A stretch of DNA of 63,375 nucleotides, the filler included, from Choristocarpus tenellus KU-1152 (lineage: Eukaryota > Protista > Phaeophyceae), in assembly GCA_964200185.2 (NCBI GenBank). It is 11 parts of 11 records of this genome, joined end to end, with 100 filler letters (N's around TTAATTAATTAA, not from the genome) between each part and the next. Parts side by side here need not be neighbours in the genome. Positions count along the whole stretch, not along the records: positions 23,641 to 27,551 come from CAXNAD020017203.1; positions 27,652 to 30,242 come from CAXNAD020026479.1; positions 30,343 to 39,023 come from CAXNAD020004450.1; 8 more parts are not named here. One strand, 5' to 3'. The notes below the pieces were generated by a model. That model was not told the DNA's origin, did no database searches, and saw nothing but the letters and a program-made list of their open reading frames with translations. Positions within the stretch are counted from its first letter, which is position 1; each line of letters opens with the position of its first letter. Of this stretch, positions 23,900 to 36,000 are shown piece after piece. A program made the translations under genes and the position numbers.

Positions 23900-25591
23900 C
23901 TCTTGACCAATCCGGCATCCCCGTGGCAGCTGCTTGCGACTAGTCCATGCCAGCTTCCACGCAAAAATCACTGCCAGCACCACCACTGGGTTCAGTCCAG
24001 AAAGCACCGCTCCAACAAAGAGCATGTTGAGTGTGCCAATCCCCCTGAAGAAAAAAATAAGAAAATAATTATCGATACATACATCCATAAATCCCACAAT
24101 TCACATTTTTAAGAACGCCACAACACGAAAATCATCTCATCCTTCTCAACAACAATGCACATGGTTGTGGGATATAAAGGTGGAATACAAACATGAAACA
24201 TACATACTCAGTTGTGCTGCGTGTGTGTTTGTGAGTGTGTTTGGTTTGTGCGTTGCATCACAACAAGAACGACTAGCATACACACAAAACAATGAAAGGT
24301 TGTCCAGGAAGTCCTCTCCTACACTATTTTTTTTTCTGCATGCTTCAAAGTATGGCTGTTAAAAAGAATCATAAAAGAAAATATATACACTGCAGGAGAT
24401 GCCACGAGACTCGAATGAGCAGGTTGAACTTCTGTGGAGCATACTGATTGAAAATTGTCAGGATTGAAGCAGTCCTCTTGCAAAACATGAAACTGTGAGT
24501 TGTGTGCTTGAAATATGGGCATCTTACCTGCGATAGATCATGAGAGCTATGATAACGCCTGCTGTGGTGCCAAGAGGTGGTCTGCCAAAGAGATGGAAGC
24601 CCCGGCAGAAATCCGACCATATTCCAAGAAGCCACTGTATACCCATTGCCATTTTAAAAAATGGTTAGATTTAGCTATGTGTGGGAGGGAGCAACCAATT
24701 ACAAGTGGTGATGGCTTTGGTGCAGTGGAGAGAGACAAGTTAAATGTATGTGAGAGGGATAAGAAATAGAGACAAACATGCAGGTGTACTTGCAGCATTC
24801 TTACTCCATGGTGTCAATGAGGTCGAGCACTCACTCACATCACAGCATTCACTACAACTATCTATTACACTAGTTCACTACCAGCAGTAGCTATTTCAGG
24901 GTGCAGAGAAGAGGGAAGGACGACATCTTGCAAGACAGAAGGCCCCGATATTATGCTCTGCTCATGAACCATCCATGGATTTCAATGGAAGACTTAGACG
25001 TCGCGGATCTAAAGCAGGGATGCAGATAAATGCCCTCGAGATTGAGAGGAAAGAAACTAATTAGAAAGTAGTAGAGTACCTCATCTTCCATCCATAGGTC
25101 GATTCAAAACAAGATTTGCACTTGAATGTACACTACACATAAAGGTACACTACGTGACCATCGACAGTTGCAGTCTGACCCTGTCATACACACAGCAAAG
25201 TGCTCTTATGCTTTAGCACTTGGTCCGGTCCTAGCTTCCTCCATCTCGCCCACACATTCATCAGGCGCTCATCCTCTTTATGCGATAGCATTCTTAGCCA
25301 CCAATCGACCGACAATACTGTTGTGCCCACCTGTACCGTTGGGTGTAGGATAACATCTTTTAGGACGCCATACTTCTCATCGAGCTCCCTCTCGAACTTT
25401 GCTCCGTTGGCCCACCGGAAGGAATCGACTCGAACATCTGAGGCTACACGCTTGGTTACCTCCGTCAGGTCGGTATCGATTTTGATACGAAATTTCTTTT
25501 GGAGGTTTTTCACCAAATCATCGCTGGCCTCAATTGCGGTGGCTAGGTAGGCTGCGCCCTCGCTAGAAAGGACCTCCCCGAGACGAACCAT
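23900..25591 (-). CDS. Hypothetical membrane protein, first three exons
   Basis: GCCATGG start context. Exons 25331-25591, 24528-24634 and 23900-24044 splice in phase with GT-AG: MVRLGEVLSSEG...DVILHPTVQ|WLLGIWSDF...AGVIIALMIYR|RGIGTLNMLFVGAVLSGLNPVVVLAVIFAWKLAW...GQE. Two or three hydrophobic segments; family not recognised. Confidence 0.75.
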
Positions 25592-26852
25592 GGCCTCGTC
25601 GTGGCCACAACGAGCTGGACTGCACCACTTCTACTTCGAGCTGAATGAATGGCAAGCAGGGAGGGAGTGGAGATGAGGAAACGAGAGTTAAGTCTTTAGT
25701 AGTCAGACGTGTACATGCTCTTGTCTTGAACGCTACGCATTACTCTACCAGCCAGAGTTTAACCTCCTCATAATTTCTCCCACATATCGGCGTCACAGTT
25801 TGAGCTATGAAATATTGCAAAGGTCAACGAGTACCACTGCACCTTGCAAAATGTCAATGTCGAAGACGCTACCTTGATATGAGAGGGATGTAGGTGAAAG
25901 GAGAAGATCAGGTTCAAATGTGTCAGGCGCAACGACCCAATCCTGGATTAGATGGCATCTGCGGCGAGTAACCAACCAAATTTATCACATTCCCAACATA
26001 CATACCTTGATACCTCCAGGTCAAATGCTCTTTTCCTTCTCTCAATTGGTGTATGGGGTGAGAGAGGGACAAAAAGTATTGGAAAAAGGATAACCAAAAA
26101 TGCGCCGCGCGCATCCAGAATGTGCGGTCACATCTATACTTTTTTGGGATAATCATTAGATGATGGATTATGGATTATCGTTGGACTGTCAGTTACCTAC
26201 TAGTCATAAACAGACCCAAACTGCAACATATACTTTGAACAAGGTTGAAGAAGGCTGGCAAGCAGCTCAAACAGGTCAGGGCGTCTGCCTTGAGCTTAAG
26301 ATAATGAGCCTGGCAAAGTGTCCGTGTCGTGCAATCATGTAAGAGAACTTCAAGTACTTAAGACTTCAACCATTCGAACATTTTATTCTCGAGTGAGACG
26401 CCTGAGGCCCTGTCATGAAGAATTTGGTTGTATTTACGTAAAGTAACTCCAAGCTTTCGGATCCCACGGCTGATCTCAGCAATAATAGAGCCAACATCAC
26501 TGATGGTTCCCTCAAGGCTCACTGCAAACTGCTCACGAATCCCTCAAAAGAACTCTGTGAATCTTAAAAACTTTGCTTCAGCCATGCCCTACAAAGCCAA
26601 ATACCTAACAACATGCAAGGTTGATGCCCTTGGAAGAGTGCTAGACGGCTTTGCTTCACCCGTGAACAACAGAGGATAATGAGCAGCATTTGGTGAGGGT
26701 TGCAATGCCAATTTAGGAGCAACGCTAATTTAGGACAGACCTAGGAACAGAGGAAATATTTCATGTAGTTGTAAGAAATATGAGGATGTGTGCAAGTAAC
26801 TCTTCACTGTACAGATAAAAGTTGGGACTCCCCAAGACTATGCACTGAGAAT

Positions 26853-27112
26853 GAGTCCAAGTATCTTAGAGGGTAAAGCCGCGTCCATTTGGGGGCCAAT
26901 GTCCAATGTTGCGATTTTGACGCAATTTTGGCTATTGTGTTTGTTAGGAAGTGTCAATATCCATGTTCCGGACACATATTTTCATAAGATATACACTTGA
27001 CCTACTCCTAAATATTTTGGAGTAGGAAAATGTCATAAAAGAACCCATGGGAAGGCAAGTCCCAGAATGGACAAACAGGGCAAAACTCGTACCGTCTAAG
27101 ATACTTTCACTC
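26853..27112 (+). mobile_element. MITE family B, full copy (~260 bp)
   Basis: TIRs GAGTCCAAGTATCTTAGAGGGT...ACCGTCTAAGATACTTTCACTC. Confidence 0.85.
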
Positions 27113-27551
27113 ATATCCTAGTATTGAACATCTTTACAATTGATTGAGATGTTGTGGCCATTAAATCGAATGCAATAAAATCAATTGATCTAAATTGATA
27201 GTGTTATGCGACCTAGTTCTGTGTGATGGGGGGTAATGAGAACCACCAGAGATGACGATCAATCTTCACTGTGAATGGTTACCACAAGTCAGAACAGAAA
27301 ACACAATCCCGGACTTTGCTGGTTAAAATCCATTCTTCATCTCTTGATTGCCGCAAGCCGTTCATGTATCTGACCCACACTACATTACCTTCACGGGCAC
27401 CAATGGCAAAAGGTGGTGAGCACAAATGTGTGTCAGAGAGATCCCAGAAAGGGGACCTGTCCCTGACATTACCCCCCCCCCCCCCCAGATGGGTTTCTCC
27501 CGACACTTTTTTTTTTGTCATGGGGGGGTTCAAGCCCAGGATGAAAAAAGG

Positions 27552-27651
27552 NNNNNNNNNNNNNNNNNNNNNNNNNNNNNNNNNNNNNNNNNNNNTTAAT
27601 TAATTAANNNNNNNNNNNNNNNNNNNNNNNNNNNNNNNNNNNNNNNNNNNN
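27552..27651. other. Artificial contig linker
   Basis: 44N-TTAATTAATTAA-44N. Confidence 0.98.
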
Positions 27652-28016
27652 CCAAACAACTCCCCCCCCCCCACGACCCTACAACTCCACAACTCCCCCC
27701 ACCCCCCCCCTTACCTTATCCTGCAAAGAATTGTCTCCATGAAAAAAAATGTGTCATTGTAGAGACTTGAACTCCGAACTTTGGTTGTATTTGCAAAATA
27801 GCTCCACATTCTACCATGACGTATTAACATAAAAAAAATGCATGAAAATGGACTATTAAAGTGAAGAGATTGTGGACACTACCTGATGTTTCCCCCATCC
27901 CCACCCCCCACTCCCATGCCTCACCCCTTTGCCTTCTCTTTCGGCCCACCCTTTTTTTTGCTTTTGCTTGCCCCACACTTTACCTCCTTCTCATATATAA
28001 CCTGCTGTTATGCAAG

Positions 28017-28151
28017 GGCATCGATGGACTGCCTACTGAGGAGTGTGCACGGGCCCTGGTGGGCAAGCTGGAGAGCTTGGGCAGTGGTAAGAAGGAGGTT
28101 AACTACCGTCTAAGGGACTGGATCTTCAGCCGGCAGAGGTACTGGGGCGAG
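28017..28151 (+). CDS. leuS: Leucyl-tRNA synthetase (bacterial-type, organellar), single internal exon
   Basis: AG|[45 protein letters not shown]|GTGAGC. [15 protein letters not shown] is the bacterial/organellar LeuRS signature. Confidence 0.9.
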
Positions 28152-28440
28152 GTGAGCTGCAAGAGAGGGGTTTGGTGTAATAGGGGTTGGGGTGATTGAG
28201 GTTTAGGTTCGTATTTTATGTTTGCAGGGTGACAACCGGGGTTGGGGTGATCAAGGGTCAAGGTTTGTACTTTTTGTTGCAGTCTGATGGGGTGAGAAAA
28301 TAAGCAGATCGTGTTATACTTGTGGTAGGAAGAAGGGTCATGCTTTTGGTGTGGCAGTTACTAGTCTGGAAAATCTGTGATACCTTCGAGCAGTTACATG
28401 GTTAGGTGGTCAGTGAGACAAGGCATGCGTGACAGGCAGA

Positions 28441-28465
28441 GTGTGTGTGTGTGTGTGTGTGTGTG
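28441..28465. repeat. (GT)n microsatellite
   Basis: About 12 GT units. Confidence 0.9.
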
Positions 28466-29640
28466 AAATTAACTCGCTTACGCTTGACGTTGTCAAGGTA
28501 TATAACCAAGTTACGATGGGTCAATCATTGGTTGTTTATTTGCACAGTGCACAGTCTTACTTTACCACCCACCAGCGTTGGCCCTTAGTTTAGTTGGTTC
28601 ACTTTTGTGAATATGTGTTGGTAGAATGTCGAGGGCCTCTACATGATAGAATTCTGAGCGCCAACATGTTGTTCTCGGTACGGACTCACCGGCACCGGCA
28701 TAGGTAGATGTGAAGTGCTACAGACAGGGCAGCGTAGCCTTGGGTAGATTGCTGGAGATGAGTACAGTTTGGCAACTTGCTACAGAGTAGGCCAGAGTGT
28801 TTTGTTCTATGTACAAATAAAAGGAAGGCGGAGGATGCAAGGAGTCTCTCCTGTTAGGGAGTACCACCCTCACAAGACCCCCCTGTTGATGCCTTGATGA
28901 GCTTGTGATAGGCAATCAGGAGCAATGCGTGATTGACCTTGTCTCTGGACCAATGGACCAACCGATACTAATACCGTGCCCTCCTTGAGGACAGCAATCC
29001 CAGCACCCTGCATGCAGTCGAGGTAATAATGCATGACTGTAACTCGCCTAGTAAAGTATCGCTAACAACTTGAATACAGTATACCCCCCCCTTCCCCCCC
29101 CCCCCCCCCCCCCGCCCCCCCCCCCCCCCCCCCCCCAGCCCTGCCCTCCCACTCCCCCTTCAACAGACCGCCAGAGCCATTTCTTGAGGGTTTCTCGACA
29201 CTTTTGAATTAGAAGTACTTGGAGAAATGGTTTAGTGTTAAGATCTACAAAAAAAAAAAGAGTCTTGTGGCGGATGTAGAAGACACTTATTTATCATACC
29301 TCAAATTCTATCTTTGTAACTCATTACCATGGCCTCTCTGCTTTAGAGGTGACGAATTTGTGTCATAGCTTGGGATAAAAGGGCACATCTTGGCATCTGT
29401 ATTTCTAAGGTTTTGTGCATGGGGGGGGGCCCTTTGGTTATATTATTGTATTGTATTGCCGTCCACCCAGGAATACTTGAACCGCTCTACGCTAGAGTTG
29501 CCTCTGGAAAGTTTTGTCAGTAAGTACATGTTCTTGGGAGTGTACCGATGATGTATGCAGTGAGACTGGTTAAGGTGTTGTGGAGAGGGTAGTCCGCTCC
29601 GGGTCCTGTTTTTGTTTGCCCCCTTTTTCTTACTTTTAAA

Positions 29641-29686
29641 TTAATTAATTAATTAGTTAATTAATTAATTAATTAATTAATTAATT
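29641..29686. repeat. (TTAA)n microsatellite
   Basis: About 11 TTAA units, one interrupted. There are no flanking Ns, so it is not a linker. Confidence 0.85.
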
Positions 29687-30242
29687 TTTTACTGAGGGCT
29701 GAGAACGTTGTGATGACGATGCCGTAGTAAATGCAGTTAATACTAGATTTAAGAAAAATATATGTTGTAGCGATATGATGATTGAAGTGTGACTTGCTGC
29801 TACTGTCACATTTTTTTGTTTGTTTGTGTGTGTGTGTGTGTGTGTCCGTTGTGCTCTTTTACCTCTCTCGGTGTTGGTACGTTCATACTCTGATATAAAT
29901 ATATATATACATATATATATATATGTGAAGTACCCGGTACTTATTTATATTTTTCTGTACTTCAATTAAAAAAAAAATGTATATTTTTTTTTTTGAGAAA
30001 GGTGTTGCTGTTCGAGACAGGGTAAATAAAAGGGTATAAAGAGGTTGGGATTTTTTTCATCCGCTCTGTTCTATTCTGTGGTGCTTGTGCACTTAGTTGA
30101 CTAGTTTTGACTGTTTTATTGGATCGATTGATCACCTTGGACATACCACCTTCCTCGAGGTGCACCTGGATGCCCATCAACCCCACACACTCATCCCACC
30201 CCTCAATACCAGAACTCACTCACGCACCTGCCCCCTCCCCCT

Positions 30243-30342
30243 NNNNNNNNNNNNNNNNNNNNNNNNNNNNNNNNNNNNNNNNNNNNTTAATTAATTAANN
30301 NNNNNNNNNNNNNNNNNNNNNNNNNNNNNNNNNNNNNNNNNN
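30243..30342. other. Artificial contig linker
   Basis: 44N-TTAATTAATTAA-44N. Confidence 0.98.
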
Positions 30343-31607
30343 TTTGTTAAAAAAAAAAACGGCGAAAAAAAACGAAGCTTGTATTCTGGAGGACTTAGAG
30401 AAGGGCATCAATAATATGCTATTATTTTTAAATTTGATATTTACATCAAGAGTTAGGACGGGATAACCCAGACGGCAAAGCTATTGGTAACATTATCAAT
30501 CTTTGCTTTGAATATAAATTTTGTGCTGGGTTACTTCCTACAATTCATTGTATTATCCATTCAAACGTCCACAAAATGTTAGAGGGCATAACAATACTCT
30601 CTCTATATAGAGTATATCTTATTGACATTACAAAATCAATACAACTTCATCGCTACGTAATTTAGAACCTTTGTTCTTAGGGAATTTACCACACCCTCCT
30701 AATCATTGCTAAAATAGCTTTAAAATGTGGTTCTGAGATTTTTTCCGAGTGTCAGAATCAGTCATATCCCATAAAACGATAGGTTCTTAGACCACCTACA
30801 AAAAACACCGTCCCCTTTATCAAATTATTCTACGTCTACAAACTAATTTCGTCTTCTGAATAACTTCATACAATTGACGCAACCTACATACAAAAGGGGA
30901 TTTGATCCTTGGAAGCATCAATTTCGTTGGAGGGGGTTCAGTGGGCATCTAGGTGTATAGGGTTAATTACACTTACATACATTTCTAACCCAACCCCAAC
31001 CCTAAGGCTAACTCTAAAATATGTAATAAAAAATATATTGGACAATAATATAATGACATAAAATAGAAATATTATTGTGATTCTCACACATCTTCCAAAC
31101 GTCACAGAACATAATATATATATTTTTATTATTATGCATTCTGAAATTTTATAGATGTTTTAAGAGGAAGAAACAATGTTAATGAATAATATGTATAGTA
31201 GTACTGTAGTTTCCAACCAAACCTCATGATCCAAATATGCACTTACCTCCCTCCAACCAGTATCTTGTGTCAATAAAAAGTCCGTACGATCTGTAATAGT
31301 GGAGTTAGTAACCCACTCGATCAAGTGTTGGTTCTATAGATTGGAATTTCCCCTTTTTTGCTTCCTCCAAGAAACTATCTTATAGTCAAGGATGTGGTTT
31401 TACCATTGGAAGGGGAAAATGGAATATATGTATATTCTTTCGCACTGTATTATCCATTTGTGTCGTAAAATTCCCGGAGCAACCAGAATATTTTTCTCGT
31501 TCTCAAATTTCTTCTATTTCTCTATATCAACAACTACATCGTTGTAAATTGGTGGTGAAGAGATATGGCGACTGAGGACTGGTGACAAGTTTAAGACAGG
31601 TATCATA

Positions 31608-32669
31608 ATGTTGTGGAGAGAGGCTGTAGGTTCCTTCTTCGTGCTATCCCTTCACTTTTTGAGATCTTGGGGCAGACGAATTTTCCTCGCTGATGTTGTT
31701 GATTCTATTACTTCAGAGGAGTTGAAGAATGGTGCAGGTTGCTCTACCAGTTGCGATCGTGAGATTATTAGGTCCGTCGTGAATATCTCAGGTGGACCAC
31801 AGTACTGCCGTTTGAGTATACAGGATGCGCTGGACTACGACATAGGCGATGAAGGAAGTGCATTGCAAGTTGTGCATTCTTGCAAGAGTGAGGTACAGTC
31901 AAGTTTACGACGCAGCATCTGGGCTCTACAGCCATCCCCACTTATCCTCTTACAGTCTCCTTTCGTTGTTCGATAGGAACGCAGAGTCACCCCCAACCCG
32001 TTTGATCTTTGGGGATATATTTGCACACCTCGAAGCTACGGAAGGAACAACTCAAATATTTGCTCGCTGTAGATGCTTCCTGAATGAAAAGATCTACGAT
32101 AATCTCCCTCCTAGAGTACGACCTGGAAGCGGGCTGAGGTGATTGTGAAAGTCGCTCGAAGTGTATACAAAACCTGTTATTTGGCAGTGCTGTGATACTG
32201 GTGGCTTCGATGGAACGGACTAGTATGCCACTGGTTAAACCAGCAGCATGTGATACTTCAAACAAGATGTACTCCATTTCTCTCTCTTGACACTCCCAAC
32301 ATGTTACGATCTACCCAAATTCTGCTTGATACTCGCTAGGTGCAGGATTCTCATAATACCCAGGGAATCGACAATTGTGACTATAGTGTGTGCTCCGAGG
32401 TTTCATGGGTTGGCGATCGTGTCCAGTACAAGGTGACTGTGTCTCACTTAGCCCCCTTTTCACAAGAAGTCCGTGTACGAGTGATCTTGAACTCAGAAGA
32501 TACTCATCTTGGAAGAGAGTGTCAACTTCAAAGGCGGTGTGCTCAGCCAAGGCGATCGAAAATGTGCAGTACCGAGGAATCAGAAGTCGAGGTGGGTGAT
32601 CTCTGCCTAGCAATAACATCTCGTGAACAAACGCCCTCGCCTAGGATTCTTGTCGAGCCTGCTCAACGG
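31608..32669 (+). CDS. Probable 5' exons of the contig's type-I membrane protein gene (exon structure unresolved)
   Basis: Clustered Cys-containing plus-strand ORFs (31608-31976, 31849-32142, 32340-32672) with splice-like ends such as CG|GTGAGT near 32669. I could not reconcile the phases. Confidence 0.4.
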
Positions 32670-33029
32670 TGAGTTCTTCTGGTAGCCCTTCTTCAACTGC
32701 CCAGTGCTACTTGTGAAACAACACGTTGATGGCAATGGTCCTCGTTTTGGACAATCTGATGGGGAGGTAGAATACTGTCTATCCTCGTCGAACCTTGGTA
32801 TGGTTTCCTTGATAAGGGGAGTGCAATCAAGTTATGCAGACATACTTTCCCTTGAATATATTTGTATATATTTTGTAGACTAGAAGAAGATATTAGTCCG
32901 GGCTGAGTGCTTAGCCACTCCTACTACTGCCTGGACACTGACTTTTTGGATTTGAACTTGTAGCATATGGCATTGAACCATGTTCTAGCCACACAAAACA
33001 ACTCCATCTATTGCTCCTGTTGAATTTAG

Positions 33030-36000
33030 GTGGGTTTGGAAAATGAATTCAGAGATGATGGTGTAAGTGATACGCTTAACCATTTGAACACGTGGCAGCT
33101 ATCCAAGCTAGATGTGTTGTCTGAGCGTTCATCAATAGTTGCAGAGGGTGCCCTTCAACGGAACTATTCTGCAAAGGCCAAGCAACCACTGTGCTTGGAA
33201 ACCGGACTGTATGTATTTGAAACCTTAGTATCATCTGATTGGCCGAGCAATATAGGCTGGAGTATTTGTGGAGTTCATGGTCGTGGACGCGGTGATCGAG
33301 TTGAACTCAGCGTCAGCAAAGGAGTGTGCACTAACACAACTGCAGTGAGAACATTATCACAGGCTGACCCAACTGTCCTGGCAGCGCGTTCCAGCACAGT
33401 GTTGGGTGCATCATCAGGTTCTCGCACAGAGTATAGTACTCCAGTGGACCAATTGTGTTCACTGCTGCCCATCATGGGTGTTGAGACCATTGACGGAGTG
33501 GGCATGTTCCATGACAACAGGTGCTTAGAGGACAGTGGTGGTGTGGGCTGTGGGGCTCTGTACCCCACCGTCCCCGCATCATGTCGGTTTTGCATTTCAG
33601 ACAGGAGCTTATGGGCTCTGAGCTATGGAGTCAGAACGGATTGGTAAGCAACGTACAGATTGTTCATATGAGGGGTTCAAAAAAAAGATCTAGGGCTCAA
33701 AGTATGTGTGTGTGGGGGGGACTACACCAGGGTGTCCATTCGAGTCCTGATCAGGAGAAGTGCACTTACATTATCCATCCGACGCATGCAACCAAAATCA
33801 CCCAAAAATCGCGACCTGGAAAATGGGTCAGAGGAGAAGTGAACTTATATTATCCATCCGATGCATGCAACCAAATCACCCCAAAATCGCGATATGGAAA
33901 AATAGGCCCCGAATGGACAGCCGCCACCCCCTCCCCAGATATTTTGAGCCTAGAGCTCCACTTTCTGAAGTATTTTTTGATAATTGGATTACAGCAACAG
34001 GGCTTGTACACTTTGGTACGGACTGCGCAGCAAAAGGTTTCTTTCAGGTCTAACAACCACAAGATGTGTTTTTTTGTATCATTTGATGTCCTTAGTTGCT
34101 GTTCAAACAGCATTATTACAAACTCCTATCCTCAAACCTTAGCCCTAGCCCTAGAGCACGCGGTCAGAGCGCACTGAACATATGGCACCTGAAAATGCAG
34201 GAGTGTAGGAGTTCAGACCCTGCTGAGTTTTCTGTTTTGCTGGTACTTAAAGCACATAATATCTCCTTGTAAATGGCCTCCTCACAGGTGACAGATACTA
34301 GTAGCTCTTGCCACCAGTCCCTCTCACCCTTACCTACTGTTGGACCCTTTTTGTTCAAGGCTGATCCTAATATTTTCACTCTTGAGCCAAGTTTCGTATA
34401 GTTTGAGTTAGGATTTTGCAGAGAGGTTTCTAGACAGGTTATGTGAGCGATAGATTCCAGGGGAGGTGAATGGTTCCCCCCCCCCCCCTTCCCTCCTTTA
34501 TGAGACACCAAGGTTCATAACCTGAATTTCGTGCACGTATATTTCAAAGCAGAAGTCTGAGGTGTTGTCATATCTTACTCCTTACCCACTGACCTTGTTT
34601 CGTAGGCATAATACTGAGAAAGCAGAGATTAGTATTATGCCCTGATTTTAACCTCTGGATCTTTCTGAATAGCTATTGAGTACCTAACCCTTTCGAAGCC
34701 AATTCAGAATATATAACATCACTGTTTTTTGATAGTATCCTTCCTTGAAACACATACACAGTAGTCTACTGCTAATACTAATGATCTCAAAATCAAAATC
34801 AATCAGGGCCCTTAGCATGTTTGAATGCCCACTTCAATCTGCGGTTGGATATGGGACAAGTCAGAGAAGGGTTCGACTGGGGGAGTGGGTTGGTGCACTA
34901 GAGTCCACTATGTGTTTTCATAGAGTATGACTCCACGGGAAGACAACATCTGATAACTTGTGTAACCCCTGCCCTACCTTGTCTTGTCATACCAGGGTGG
35001 ATTGCCCACGCACTTTGGGAGGGGTACATCGGTATCTAGAGGAGACAAACAGCACTAGCATGGAGGGGGGTGGGGGAGGAATAGATGTTAATTTTGGTCT
35101 TGCGATTGCTCTCAGCATTGGTGTTGGCTTGGTTTGCGTAGCGGCAGTATGCTGCATAGCAAGGCTACGGAGTAATGTGAGTGGTCTAAACTATTTTTTT
35201 GGGGGGGGGAACAAGGTCAAGAAGGCCTTTAATAAGTGTTTGTTGCGCCCTCCCTATTTTCGATTTGAAGCGCTGTTGCTGAAGAAACAATCGTCACTTC
35301 TTTGTGCAACTATAGGACTATTAAATAGCTTTGTTGAATGGGCTTTTATCAGTTGTTGTGTTATATCAAATAGACCCTGGTAAAACACCGCGAAGGTCAT
35401 TCCCCTATTTGGGTTTTTCATTTGATCCGTGTTTGTTATTTCTGTGCCGAAATAGCATGAGAAAGTGAGGGAGAGTACAATCACAGGGTCAATTAGGACT
35501 CTGGAGCTCCAACTAGAACTATGATAATCAGGAAGGTAGTCCGTTTGTGGTGAAAGTGTTTGCTGTCTTCCTGGATATTTGGAGGGATAGACCCCACTCG
35601 AAGCTAAGACCCTTCTCCCTCAAATTTCGCGCTTCAACTTCTGACCTAAACTTGTAAGGAAATTTTGTACTTGCATTACGAGACTCTTTTCTTCTTTTTT
35701 GTAAAATATGGATTGACTTAGTTTCCTGGCAATATGTTTCTCTTTTCTCGAACAATAGACGGGTTCATGCTGGTGGTGTAATCAAGTGCTTGAAGTTATG
35801 AGCCCTCCATTTCTAATGTCAATTATTTTCCTCTAATGGTGAGTGATACTAATTTCATTCTTGCCACACGAGGTAGAAAGTTCTCCAGTAGGTGGAGAAG
35901 GGGTATGAAAGAGGTATTAGGGAAGTTGCTTGCTTGTGTTGCACAAATTTGAATGTCTGGATAGAAATTGAAGTCACATGCTAAAGTTTCAAAAAGCGGT

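Noticed and set aside
28017-28151. Bacterial contamination or recent HGT suggested by bacterial-type LeuRS
   Set aside because: It is a single exon bounded by AG/GT splice sites, as expected for a nuclear-encoded organellar enzyme.
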